64,000 nucleotides of DNA from an uncultured Desulfovibrionaceae bacterium (GTDB lineage Bacteria; Desulfobacterota; Desulfovibrionia; Desulfovibrionales; Desulfovibrionaceae), in assembly GCA_944325195.1 (NCBI GenBank), contig CALUZB010000005.1:24011-88010 (forward strand). Reading direction: 5' to 3'. Position numbers and translations under genes: made by a program. The notes below the pieces were generated by a model, which had not been told where the DNA came from, did not search any database, and saw nothing but the letters and a program-made list of their open reading frames with translations. Positions 20,603 through 29,602 of this stretch are shown here, in pieces (positions within the stretch are counted from its first letter, which is position 1; every line of letters begins with the position of its first letter).

Positions 20603-20925
20603 ATAAGCTCCTGTAAAATGTATTCCTATTACCTGAAAATTTGCATTATTTTTGACATTTTATCTCATATTTGTCAAGTTTTCAGGGCAGAATTCGCTAT
20701 TTTTGCGGATTACAGGCCTGTCCGGTACATGCTTTGCCGATGCAAAGCCAACGGCCGGAGCGGATTAACTTTTAAGACTTAATCTGCATATGATTTCTCA
20801 AGAACTTCCCGCAAAAGTTTAGCCTCTTAAGATTTCCTTAAGCTTCATATGGTTATATCCAACTCAAGGAAGAAGGAAAGTCAACTAATCATCTGATTCA
20901 AGCAATCTGATATATGGAGGTTAAT

Positions 20926-21106
20926 ATGTTTCAATCCACAGTCGCCCCACCCGCCGACTGACGGAAGCCGCTTACGGATAGGGGCGTGCGGATTACCTCT
21001 CGCCTTTCGGGAGAGGTTACGGCAAAAGGATATTATCGGCTCAAAGCTTTGTCAAATCATCTTTTCCCCCTGAAGGGGGGAGGTTTCAAACCTCAAAGGA
21101 GTTTTT
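20926..21106 (+). repeat. Mosaic multi-hairpin repeat, copy B
   Basis: ATGTTTCAATCCACAGTCGCCCCACCCGCCGAC...CGGATAGGGGCGTGCGGATT, then CCTCTCGCCTTTCGGGAGAGG...TTTGTCAAATCATC...CCCCCTGAAGGGGGG, GAGGTTTCAAACCTC, AAAGGAGTTTTT. Confidence 0.9.
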
Positions 21107-21108
21107 TT

Positions 21109-21528
21109 ATGAACAGAACTTTTCTTTCCCGCGTGAAAACTCTTTGCGCAGCCGGCGCTCTGGGCGCTTTGCTGCTGTTCGCGGTCGGCTCTGAAAACGC
21201 CGCGGCCCAGTTCCAGGGCAATACTGCTCAAAACGCCCCGGCTATGGGCGGCTTCACCGGCCCGGCGACCGCTCCCAACACTGTGGCCCAGGCGAAAAAA
21301 ATGTGGGACGACACCCCGGTTGTCCTCAGAGGCAACATCGTCAACTCGCTGGGCGGTGAATACTACACTTTCCGCGATCAAAGCGGGGAAATCATGGTTG
21401 AAATAGACCACGACGTGTGGTGGGGCGTGCAGGTTGACCCTAAAGATACCGTGGAAATTTACGGAGAAGTGGAAAAGGATTTCGGAGAAGCTGTTAAAAT
21501 AGACGTAAAGCGGCTTATCAAGCGCTGA
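21109..21528 (+). CDS. ygiW: YgiW/YdeI-family OB-fold (BOF) periplasmic stress protein
   Basis: The start [19 protein letters not shown] carries a signal peptide. Sequence: [43 protein letters not shown]...[11 protein letters not shown]. The track ORF at 20986 runs through the repeat and is not credible upstream of this Met. Confidence 0.85.
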   Translation: MNRTFLSRVKTLCAAGALGALLLFAVGSENAAAQFQGNTAQNAPAMGGFTGPATAPNTVAQAKKMWDDTPVVLRGNIVNSLGGEYYTFRDQSGEIMVEIDHDVWWGVQVDPKDTVEIYGEVEKDFGEAVKIDVKRLIKR

Positions 21529-21784
21529 TGCCTGTCTGCCCGCCCTGTTGCCCCGCCGGAATTCAAGGTTTCGGCGGGGCAGAAATTATGTTAGGCTGGC
21601 GGCGTTAAAACCTTCGGACGCAACTGCATGCACTTGCACTGCAGGCGGTCTGCTTTCGCCGAATGTGTTCACAGGACGGAGTGGCGCAGACCGCTGGGGC
21701 GAACGTTGCCGCTGTCGGCAACAGGCATGTCGGCCCGTCCGCTGCTCCAGGCTTATACGCTGCTTTACAGGAGGGAACCAGGCC

Positions 21785-22447
21785 ATGCGGATATTATTGA
21801 TTGAAGACGACATGTTGATCGGAGACGGCATAGAAGCCGGGTTAAAGCTCCTCGGCTTTTCCGTTGACTGGTTCACGCACGGTCAGGAAGGCCAAAGCGC
21901 CCTTGCCGCCGCCGCTTACGACGCGGTAATTCTGGACCTGACCCTGCCCGGAATGGACGGTCTGGAGATCCTGAAAAGCTGGCGGCGCTCCGGCAAGACC
22001 GTGCCGGTGCTTATCCTCACAGCCCGCGGCGCCATTGACGAACGGGTGCAGGGTTTGAACCTGGGGGCAGACGACTACCTGCCCAAACCCTTTGCCCTGG
22101 AAGAGCTGGCCGCGCGCTTGCGCGCCCTGATCAGACGCAGTCACGGCACACCTACCCCCACGCTACGCCACGGTGCTGTGGAGTTTAACCCGGATACCCG
22201 ACAGATCAGCCTGAACGGGGAACCCGTTCGATTCAGCCCCAAGGAAGTGAGCCTGGTAGAGCTGTTTCTGCTGCACAAAAACAGCCTGCTGACCAGAGAG
22301 ATGATTGAAGAAAAGCTCTACTCCTGGGACGACGAGGTAAGCAGCAACGCCATTGAGGTGCACATCCACCACATTCGGCGCAAGCTGGGCTCCACCTTCA
22401 TCAAAACAGTGCACGGCATGGGCTACGCCCTGGGAGAAATCCGGTGA
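21785..22447 (+). CDS. OmpR-family response regulator (QseB/BasR-like)
   Basis: The start [15 protein letters not shown] has an AGGAGG SD. It has the receiver Asp ([12 protein letters not shown]) and a winged-helix C-terminus. Confidence 0.9.
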   Translation: MRILLIEDDMLIGDGIEAGLKLLGFSVDWFTHGQEGQSALAAAAYDAVILDLTLPGMDGLEILKSWRRSGKTVPVLILTARGAIDERVQGLNLGADDYLPKPFALEELAARLRALIRRSHGTPTPTLRHGAVEFNPDTRQISLNGEPVRFSPKEVSLVELFLLHKNSLLTREMIEEKLYSWDDEVSSNAIEVHIHHIRRKLGSTFIKTVHGMGYALGEIR

Positions 22448-24078
22448 AACAAATCATCCCGCCCCAACTGACACGCCTTGCCCGGACAGTGAAGCCGGGA
22501 AAACCAAGAAGCCTGTTGCTTCGGCTGGTGTTGTTCATCGCCCTGCTGCTGAGCGTGGGCTGGCTGGCCGCCGCTATCGCCTGCTGGCAGGAAGCACGCG
22601 AATATATTGATGAATTTTACGACACCCGGCAAATGCTCTTTGCCAAACGTCTGGCCGCCTCAAGCCTGGAGGGCATTGTGGCCGCCTATCCACCCGAAAG
22701 CAAGCGTCTGCTTGAATTTGCCGATAAAGAGCAACGCGGCGAGCTGGAAGAAGAGGCGCTGAGCTTTGCTGTTTTCGATCACGACGGGCAGCAGGTGCTG
22801 AACGACGGCGAGGAGGGGCGCAATTTTCTCTACTCTGACCACCCCCCCGGATTTTTCAATACTTATATCTATGGTTCCGATGAACTGTGGCGGCTGGTCT
22901 GGCTGGACTCCTCAGACGGCCGGTTCCGGGTGGCAGTGGGACAGGAGTTGGATTACCGCCTGGATATGACCTGGGACTTGCTGGAGCAGCAATTTTTCCC
23001 CTGGCTGCTGCTGCTTCCCTTACTTTTACTGGGAGTAGTCGTGCTGGTATATCGGGAGCTGTGCCCTCTGCGCGTGGTTACCGGACAGCTTAACCAACGC
23101 AATCCGCAAGACTTCAACGAATTGAGCGTGAACGGACTGTTCTCTGAGGCGGCCCCGCTTGTCACCGCCCTGAACAAGCTGTTCGCCCGCACTGCCGATA
23201 TGTTTGAGCGGGAACGCGCCTTTATTTCCGACGCCGCCCATGAGTTGAAAACCCCGCTCACCGCCTTGCGCATACAGGCCGAGGTGGCCGGTTTGCCCGG
23301 AGCGGACGCCGCGGTAAAGGAAAAGGCCCTGGCCCAACTGCTGCAAGGTATAGACCGCAGCGCTCATCTGGTGGAGCAGTTGCTTAACCTCTCCCGTCTG
23401 GAAGCCATGCGGCCGGACCGACGCATTACGGACGCAAACCTGCTGAGCCCAAATTCCCGGCAGACCGATTCTCTGCAAGCGGAGCCCTGTCAGACGGGAA
23501 ATTGCGGGCAAAGCCCCGCCCCCCTGCCCTGGGACGCGCTTGTGGCTGAGGCGGTTGCCCTGATCGCTCCCCTTGCGGAGAAGAAGCACATCACCCTGCA
23601 AATGAATATTCCCGCCCCGCCGCCGCAAGTTTGGGGGCAAGCCCCTCTGATTGCGCTTATGTTGCGCAATCTGCTTGAAAATGCAGTGAAATATACCCCG
23701 AACAACGGCAACGTCGGGCTTGAACTGAACCGGTTTGAGCTGACAATACGCAACAGCGGGCCGGGGGTTGCTCCGGAACATCTGCCCCGCCTGGGCGAAC
23801 GCTTCTTCCGCCCGCCCGGTCAGAGCAATTCCGGAAGCACCCCGCCCCGCGGGGGTCTTCCGCGCAGCGGAGACGGCGCAAACATTGGCCCGGCCCCCGA
23901 TGCGGGGGTTTTGTCCAACCCGATATCCGCTCTTAACGTGGGTTCCGGTCTGGGTTTATCCATTGTGTTGCGGGTGGCTGAACTGCATGGGTTTAAAGTG
24001 AATTTCCAGAATATGTATCAGTCCGACTCGGGTGCCGTTACCGGATTTTGCGTCCGCGTGCGCTTTCAAGATGCATAA
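22444..24078 (+). CDS. Sensor histidine kinase (QseC/BasS-like) with low-complexity insertions
   Basis: The GTG start overlaps the RR stop. It has two TM segments, the H-box [14 protein letters not shown], the N-box [10 protein letters not shown] and the G2 motif GSGLGLSIV. Confidence 0.88.
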   Translation: MKQIIPPQLTRLARTVKPGKPRSLLLRLVLFIALLLSVGWLAAAIACWQEAREYIDEFYDTRQMLFAKRLAASSLEGIVAAYPPESKRLLEFADKEQRGELEEEALSFAVFDHDGQQVLNDGEEGRNFLYSDHPPGFFNTYIYGSDELWRLVWLDSSDGRFRVAVGQELDYRLDMTWDLLEQQFFPWLLLLPLLLLGVVVLVYRELCPLRVVTGQLNQRNPQDFNELSVNGLFSEAAPLVTALNKLFARTADMFERERAFISDAAHELKTPLTALRIQAEVAGLPGADAAVKEKALAQLLQGIDRSAHLVEQLLNLSRLEAMRPDRRITDANLLSPNSRQTDSLQAEPCQTGNCGQSPAPLPWDALVAEAVALIAPLAEKKHITLQMNIPAPPPQVWGQAPLIALMLRNLLENAVKYTPNNGNVGLELNRFELTIRNSGPGVAPEHLPRLGERFFRPPGQSNSGSTPPRGGLPRSGDGANIGPAPDAGVLSNPISALNVGSGLGLSIVLRVAELHGFKVNFQNMYQSDSGAVTGFCVRVRFQDA

Positions 24079-24566
24079 ACCTGTCTCCCCCCCAGCCTTT
24101 CGGGGGGAGCTGCGTGGTGATGACCGCCACTGACCATATCAACATTTATTCCGCTCATCCCTTGCTAAAATCGCTCAATAGGTATATAGCCTGTGGGCCT
24201 GTCGAAACCTAAGCGCCGGAAGCTCAATGCGCTTTTGTTTCGCACGGAAACGGATATTTGGATAGCTTAAGATCCCGAAACGTAAACGGTGCCGGGTTGC
24301 ATCTTCCTTGCACTGTTAAACAGCCTGAACAAATGGCCACACCCGGTCTACAAGGCAAATTCCGGTGTGCAACGCGGTTTTGCTCCGACGCTTAACCGTT
24401 GTGTTTTATTTTTAACGCGCAACCGATCAGCACTGTTTACACCCGTTTCCGACGTCGAGGCACAGAAGGCTTTGGGCAATTCAAATTAAATCTGTTGTTA
24501 GAATCCGACCTAACCGGCCCGCCGATTTACGGGCCACAATGCTGCCCTGTAAGGAGCGGGTGGGAC

Positions 24567-26285
24567 ATGTCTTTTCCATTTAAATTCAGACCAAAACTGT
24601 TCGACTGCATAGGCAATTACAATATGGTCACGTTCCGGGCCGATGTTTCCGCCGGCGTAACCGTGGGCATCATCGCCCTGCCCATGGCCATGGCCTTTGC
24701 CATCGGCTCAAACGTCACCCCGGCGGCCGGGATTATCACCGCGGTGGTGGCCGGGTTCCTTACCTCGCTTTTCGGCGGTTCAAAAGTGGCCATTGGCGGG
24801 CCTACCGGCGCTTTTGTGGCCATAGTGGCGGGCATTGTGGCCAGCTACGGCCTGTCGGGCCTGCTGATCTGCACCATGATGGCCGGAGCCATGCTGTTCT
24901 TAATGGGCCTGGCCCGGGTGGGCGGGCTGATCCGCTATATCCCGGCTCCTCTGATCCGCGGCTTCACCACCGGCATTGCGGTGATCATTCTTACCGGGCA
25001 GATTAAAGACTTTCTGGGCATTAAGGAAGATATCGGCAACACCTCCAACATTATCGCCACGTTCAACGCCCTGCTGCCCTATATCAAAAACGTGAGCCTG
25101 CCCACAGTGATTGCGGCCTCAGTTTCCCTGCTCGGCATCTATTTCTGGCCGAAAAGAATTGCTAAAATCCTTCCCGGCTCCATTGCCGTTCTCCTGCTGG
25201 TTACCGGAGTTACAGCCGTCATCGGCATGTTCACCGAGCTCGATATCGCCACTATCGGCAGTAAATTCGGCGGTATTCCGCGCGAACTGCCCGCCCCCAG
25301 CCTGCCGGCAATCACCCTTGATACCTTCCAGGATCTGCTTACCCCGGCAGCAACCATAGCCATGCTCGGGGCCATTGAATCTTTGCTTTGCGCCACAGCG
25401 GCCGACGGAATGATTGATGACGAACATGACCCTGACCAAGAGCTGATGGCCCAGGGTATAGCCAATTTTATCACTCCCCTTTTCGGCGGCATTCCCACTA
25501 CCGGTGCCATTGCCCGCACAGCCGCGAACATCCGCAACGGGGGCAAAACCCCGGTGGCAGGCATAGTGCATGCGGTGGTGCTGTTGCTGATCATGCTGAT
25601 AGCGGCGCCGCTGGCCAAATATATCCCTCTGGCCGTGCTTTCGGCGGTGCTGATTATGGTGGCCATAAACATGGGGGACTGGCGGGAGTTCGTGCGTCTG
25701 TCGCGTTACCCGCGCAGCGACACCACCGTATTTCTGGTCACTTTTCTGCTGACCATTATTTTCGGCCTTACTCAGGCGGTAATGGTGGGCATGTTCGTGG
25801 CCTGCGTGCTGTTCATTAAACGCATGTCCGACCAGACCAGCGTGGGCATTCATCCCATGCAGCATTTCCTGACCAAAAGCTTCAGCGATACCCGCCCGGG
25901 TGATTTGGTGCAGGGCCGGGTTCCCCACCAGGACGTACTGGTAGTGAGAATAAGCGGAGCCATGTTCTTCGGAGCGGCGAACAAGTTGAAAAACATTCTG
26001 CTTTACCTTCAGCACGAGCCGAAAGTGCTGATTCTGAAAATGGCCAACCTGATCAGCCTGGACGCCACAGCCATTCTGGCCCTTGATGAAATCATTTACA
26101 AATGCCGCAAGAAAGGCATCGTAATCATCCTGGTGGGGCTGGAGAACCAGCCGCGCGCCTCAATGTCGCGAGCCGGATTGCTGGACGACATCCCCAGAGA
26201 GAACATTCTGGACGATCTGGAGATGGGGCTGGATCGGGCTGAGGAAATTCTGCACGACGGACACCAAAGCTCCTTATTCGGATAG
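24567..26285 (+). CDS. SulP-family anion transporter with C-terminal STAS domain
   Basis: The start MSFPFKFRPKLFDC has an AAGGAG SD. Motifs: ADVSAGVTVGIIALPMAMAFA and a STAS tail (VLVVRISGAMFFGAANKL). Confidence 0.9.
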   Translation: MSFPFKFRPKLFDCIGNYNMVTFRADVSAGVTVGIIALPMAMAFAIGSNVTPAAGIITAVVAGFLTSLFGGSKVAIGGPTGAFVAIVAGIVASYGLSGLLICTMMAGAMLFLMGLARVGGLIRYIPAPLIRGFTTGIAVIILTGQIKDFLGIKEDIGNTSNIIATFNALLPYIKNVSLPTVIAASVSLLGIYFWPKRIAKILPGSIAVLLLVTGVTAVIGMFTELDIATIGSKFGGIPRELPAPSLPAITLDTFQDLLTPAATIAMLGAIESLLCATAADGMIDDEHDPDQELMAQGIANFITPLFGGIPTTGAIARTAANIRNGGKTPVAGIVHAVVLLLIMLIAAPLAKYIPLAVLSAVLIMVAINMGDWREFVRLSRYPRSDTTVFLVTFLLTIIFGLTQAVMVGMFVACVLFIKRMSDQTSVGIHPMQHFLTKSFSDTRPGDLVQGRVPHQDVLVVRISGAMFFGAANKLKNILLYLQHEPKVLILKMANLISLDATAILALDEIIYKCRKKGIVIILVGLENQPRASMSRAGLLDDIPRENILDDLEMGLDRAEEILHDGHQSSLFG

Positions 26286-26523
26286 CAGGTGGTCAGACCG
26301 GGCGGAATAAACCGGCGGCAGCGATTGGCGCCGTCAGTCGGCTGCTGCCCCGGATAGCGCGGAACAAATTCAGATTATGCTTGAAATTACTCGTCGAATG
26401 GCCTATAAACAGCTTTCGGTTTTGTGATTTGAATTGCCGGATTGACTTCTGCTTTGGAAGATCCAAAAGCGCAACAAAAGTGCTTCGGCCTGAAATCAAG
26501 ATTATGAAACCGCCGGAATTTGC

Positions 26524-26618
26524 GGAGAGGTAGCGAAGTTGGCCGTAACGCGCCCGACTCGAAATCGGGTTACCGGTGTTGAGCCGGTACGCGGGTTCAA
26601 ATCCCGCCCTCTCCGCCA
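26524..26618 (+). tRNA. tRNA-Ser (anticodon CGA), CCA encoded
   Basis: Acceptor stem GGAGAGG/CCTCTCC. Anticodon stem-loop CCCGA-CTCGAAA-TCGGG. Long variable arm. T-arm GCGGG-TTCAAAT-CCCGC. Discriminator G followed by CCA. Confidence 0.92.
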
Positions 26619-26910
26619 GAAGCAAAAACAACGGTGTGCAGCCTGCTCTGAAAAACCTTGCTGCGCGCCGTTTTTCTGTACCGGCAGACATAGCGCCGTT
26701 GAGGAGTCTTCAGGCCCGCCGCCACTGAGCAGAACAGACGCGTGGCCGGTAGCTGAACCGTCCGAATGACTGTGCCTGTTCCGCCGATTCCGCTGTCCTG
26801 TAACGGATAATCCGGACAGGCGACGGTCATCCCCGGGCTGCACTCCCCCGGGCAGAACGCTCACCTTCAGTTTGAAAAGGTACCTGTTCCAAGCATTATC
26901 CCGCCTTTCA

Positions 26911-26939
26911 TCCAAAATTCCTTTGTAGTTTGAAACCTC
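26911..26939 (-). repeat. Solo fragment of the mosaic repeat (right-end module)
   Basis: TCCAAAATTCCTTTGTAGTTTGAAACCTC matches TCAAAAATTCATTTGCGGTTTGAAACCTC of copy A. Confidence 0.6.
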
Positions 26940-27138
26940 GGCCTTCAGGCCAAGCTTAAGCCCCAGCCCGCGCCAGCACTCAAACCGGGCGCCCGGCCAC
27001 AACCCAAGACTGGAGAATTGCTTGTCAACACTACAGGGACAACACCCGACATTTCCCCCCCCCCTCCAACCGCCAACCTCTGCTCAGCAGCAACCGCCAA
27101 AGCGGATTTCAAAATTCAGTTGACATTCACTTTCAATT

Positions 27139-27158
27139 ATAATACCCCCTAGGGGTAC
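27139..27158 (+). promoter_or_regulatory. TATAAT hexamer abutting a CsoR-type GC-rich inverted repeat (putative operator)
   Basis: TATAAT lies at 27139-44. The inverted repeat TACCCC-CTA-GGGGTA lies at 27144-58, about 24 nt upstream of csoR. A TTGACA at 27121 is only 12 nt from the -10, which is non-canonical spacing. Confidence 0.55.
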
Positions 27159-27181
27159 CTGGTATTTATAAGGAGAAGCAT

Positions 27182-27457
27182 ATGCGCGAATGTATGGATG
27201 TGGACGCGGTGGTTGCCCGTCTGAAGAGGATTGAAGGACAGGTGCGGGGCATCATGAACATGGTGCAGAAAGACATTCCCTGTGAGGACATTCTGGTTCA
27301 GATTGGAGCCGCCAAGTCTGCCCTGCACAAAACAGGGCAGGTAATTCTGGAAGGGCATCTTCATCATTGCGTATTGACCGGCATAGCCCAAGGCAATGCG
27401 GACGATACGCTGAATAAACTGGCGAATGCGATAGAACAGTTTTCCCGCATGACATAG
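27182..27457 (+). CDS. csoR: CsoR/RcnR-family metal-sensing repressor (C-H-C ligand pattern, Cu(I)-type)
   Basis: 91 aa. Sequence: RLKRIEGQVRGIMNMV..IPCEDILVQI...GHLHHCV. The Cys and HxxxC ligands sit at the CsoR positions. Confidence 0.85.
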   Translation: MRECMDVDAVVARLKRIEGQVRGIMNMVQKDIPCEDILVQIGAAKSALHKTGQVILEGHLHHCVLTGIAQGNADDTLNKLANAIEQFSRMT

Positions 27458-27471
27458 GAGTTGGAACAGGT

Positions 27472-29397
27472 ATGTTGAGAAACTTGCTTGAAGACGAGGA
27501 AAAAAGGCACCTTGGGTTCGCGGCAACCGGCGGCATTTCTCTGGTGTTCAGCTTTTTCAATATTCGGGGGCCGCTCCCGTTTGACCCGGCCTGGCTGGCC
27601 ATTGTGCTGTGCGGCCTTCCCATACTGAAAGAGGCCATAGCCGGCCTTGTAGCCAGGTTCGATATCAAGGCGGACGTACTGGTTGCAATGGCCCTGATTG
27701 CCGCGGTTTATATCGGCGAAATATTCGCTGCGGGCGAAGTGGCGTTCATCATGTCGCTGGGTTCTATTCTGGAAGAACGCACCGTGCGCAAGGCCCGCGA
27801 AGGCATTGAAAAACTGGTGGGCATGACGCCCCGCACGGCCCGCGTGCTGCGGGACGGCTCTGAAACCGTCATTCCCGCGGAAGACGTGAAAGTCGGCGAC
27901 AATCTGCGCGTTTTTCCCGGTGAAACCATTGCGGTTGACGGAGTAATCACTTTCGGCCGGACAGCGGTTGACCAGTCTCTGATGACCGGCGAATCCCTGC
28001 CTGTGGACAAAGAGGTTAACGATGAGGTCTTCAGCGGAACCGTCAACCAGTTGGGCGCATTCGACATGCGGGCAACCAAGGTAGGCGGGGACAGTTCCCT
28101 GCAACGCATGATCCGGCTGGTGGAATCTGCAAATGCTTCCCAAACGCCTATAGTGCGGATTATGGATCGTTGGGCCACCTGGATTGTCATCGCCGCCCTG
28201 CTTACGGCTGTCGGCACCTGGTGGTACACCGGAGAAATCATCCGGGCCGTTACCATTCTGGTTGTCTTCTGCCCGTGCGCTCTGGTGCTTTCAACCCCCA
28301 CGGCCATTATGGCGGGCATCGGCAATGCAACCCGCTTCGGCGTGCTCATTTCCTCCGGCGAAGCCCTTGAGCGACTGGCCAAAGTCACCCGCGTGGTTTT
28401 CGACAAAACCGGCACCCTGACCTATGGCAAACCGGCAGTAACGGCTGTGCGTTCTTTTTCACCGGAACTGACGGACAGGGAACTGCTTGGCCTGGCAGCC
28501 ACTGTTGAACAGCGCTCAGAGCACCCGCTGGGGCAGGCGATTGTACGCCATGCCGAAAGTCTGGGGGTAAAGCCGCAGGAGCTGGAAGAGTTCAGCGCTG
28601 TACCCGGCAGAGGCGTTCTGGTCAGATCCTGCGGCAAGCAGGCGCTTGGCGGCAACTTACAACTCATGTTGGAGCACGGTCTGGAGCCGGGCGAAGAGAT
28701 TGCCGACGCCGTTGCGCAATATAAGGAAGCAGGCGGCACGATTATTTACCTTGGCCTGGAAAAAACGGTGGCAGGAATTATTGTGCTTGCGGACACCCTG
28801 CGCTCCGACGCCAAAGAAACAGTCGGACGGCTTCATTATGAACGGCTCCAAACCATGCTTCTGACCGGCGACAACGCCCAGGCCGCAAACAACATTGCCC
28901 GGGCGGCCGGAATCGATCTGGTCAGGGCTGAACTGCTGCCGGAAGACAAAGTTGACATCATCAGGGAACTGCAGAAATTCAGTTTTGAAAAGGTGTGCAT
29001 GGTTGGCGACGGAATTAACGACGCCCCGGCGCTGAAAACAGCCTATGTCGGCCTTGCCATGGGCGGCGTGGGCAGCGACATTGCCGTGGACGCCGCCCAC
29101 GCCGTGCTGGTGCAGGACGACATCAAGCGTCTGCCCCAGCTCATCATGCTGGCCCGCAAAACCGCACAGACAATCAAGGTCAACATTGCCATGTCAATGC
29201 TTCTCAACCTGGTCACTGTAGCGCTTGCGGCTCTGGGGCTGATGGGGCCCGTGCCGGGAGCGCTGGCCCATAACGCGGGAGCCTTGCTGATTGTGTTGAA
29301 CTCCGCCCGCCTTTTGAAGTGGCGGTACAGAGATGACCCCGCCGACACTGCGGGCAACGCCATAAGCAGGTCTGTCCCTAGCGGGCAGGCCGCTTAA
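27472..29397 (+). CDS. P1B-type heavy-metal-translocating ATPase lacking an N-terminal metal-binding domain
   Basis: 641 aa. Motifs: TGES, CPC in a TM helix, DKTGTLT, GDGINDAP. No CxxC HMA domain is present. Confidence 0.9.
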   Translation: MLRNLLEDEEKRHLGFAATGGISLVFSFFNIRGPLPFDPAWLAIVLCGLPILKEAIAGLVARFDIKADVLVAMALIAAVYIGEIFAAGEVAFIMSLGSILEERTVRKAREGIEKLVGMTPRTARVLRDGSETVIPAEDVKVGDNLRVFPGETIAVDGVITFGRTAVDQSLMTGESLPVDKEVNDEVFSGTVNQLGAFDMRATKVGGDSSLQRMIRLVESANASQTPIVRIMDRWATWIVIAALLTAVGTWWYTGEIIRAVTILVVFCPCALVLSTPTAIMAGIGNATRFGVLISSGEALERLAKVTRVVFDKTGTLTYGKPAVTAVRSFSPELTDRELLGLAATVEQRSEHPLGQAIVRHAESLGVKPQELEEFSAVPGRGVLVRSCGKQALGGNLQLMLEHGLEPGEEIADAVAQYKEAGGTIIYLGLEKTVAGIIVLADTLRSDAKETVGRLHYERLQTMLLTGDNAQAANNIARAAGIDLVRAELLPEDKVDIIRELQKFSFEKVCMVGDGINDAPALKTAYVGLAMGGVGSDIAVDAAHAVLVQDDIKRLPQLIMLARKTAQTIKVNIAMSMLLNLVTVALAALGLMGPVPGALAHNAGALLIVLNSARLLKWRYRDDPADTAGNAISRSVPSGQAA

Positions 29398-29403
29398 GAG
29401 ATT

Positions 29404-29445
29404 AAAGCGCATAAGTCCAAACCAAACCGGACTTATGCGCTTTTC
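29404..29445. terminator. Strong hairpin with T-run between the convergent ATPase and mscS genes
   Basis: AAAGCGCATAAGTCC-loop-GGACTTATGCGCTTTT. Confidence 0.65.
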
Positions 29446-29602
29446 AGATCAGTGCGGCGTTCAGACTCTCTGTTCGCCACTGCTCACCTTCCTTTTCCTT
29501 TATCCCGACAAGCGACAGCGGTACAGAGCCCGCGCCTGATTTCTACGGGTTGCAGACCCCGATTCTGCCTGACTGCCGAAGTCGGCCACGCCGGACAGGC
29601 GG

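Noticed and set aside
20926-20961. Mini-ORF MFQSTVAPPAD* at the left end of the repeat (good SD in copy B), and longer frames through copies C and D (for example 57542-57799)
   Set aside because: The reading frame and stop are not conserved among copies (a 1-nt indel in C, a deletion in D). Substitutions preserve hairpins, not codons. A small peptide in individual copies cannot be fully excluded.
26619-27120. Genomic island or integrase at tRNA-Ser, and likewise after tmRNA (31366-31840)
   Set aside because: There are no integrase or phage genes, and no direct repeat of the tRNA or tmRNA 3' end. These are just non-coding spacers.
27121-27144. TTGACA/TATAAT as a canonical csoR promoter pair
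   Set aside because: The hexamers are separated by only 12 nt, so the true -35 is unclear. Only the -10-like box and the operator are reported.
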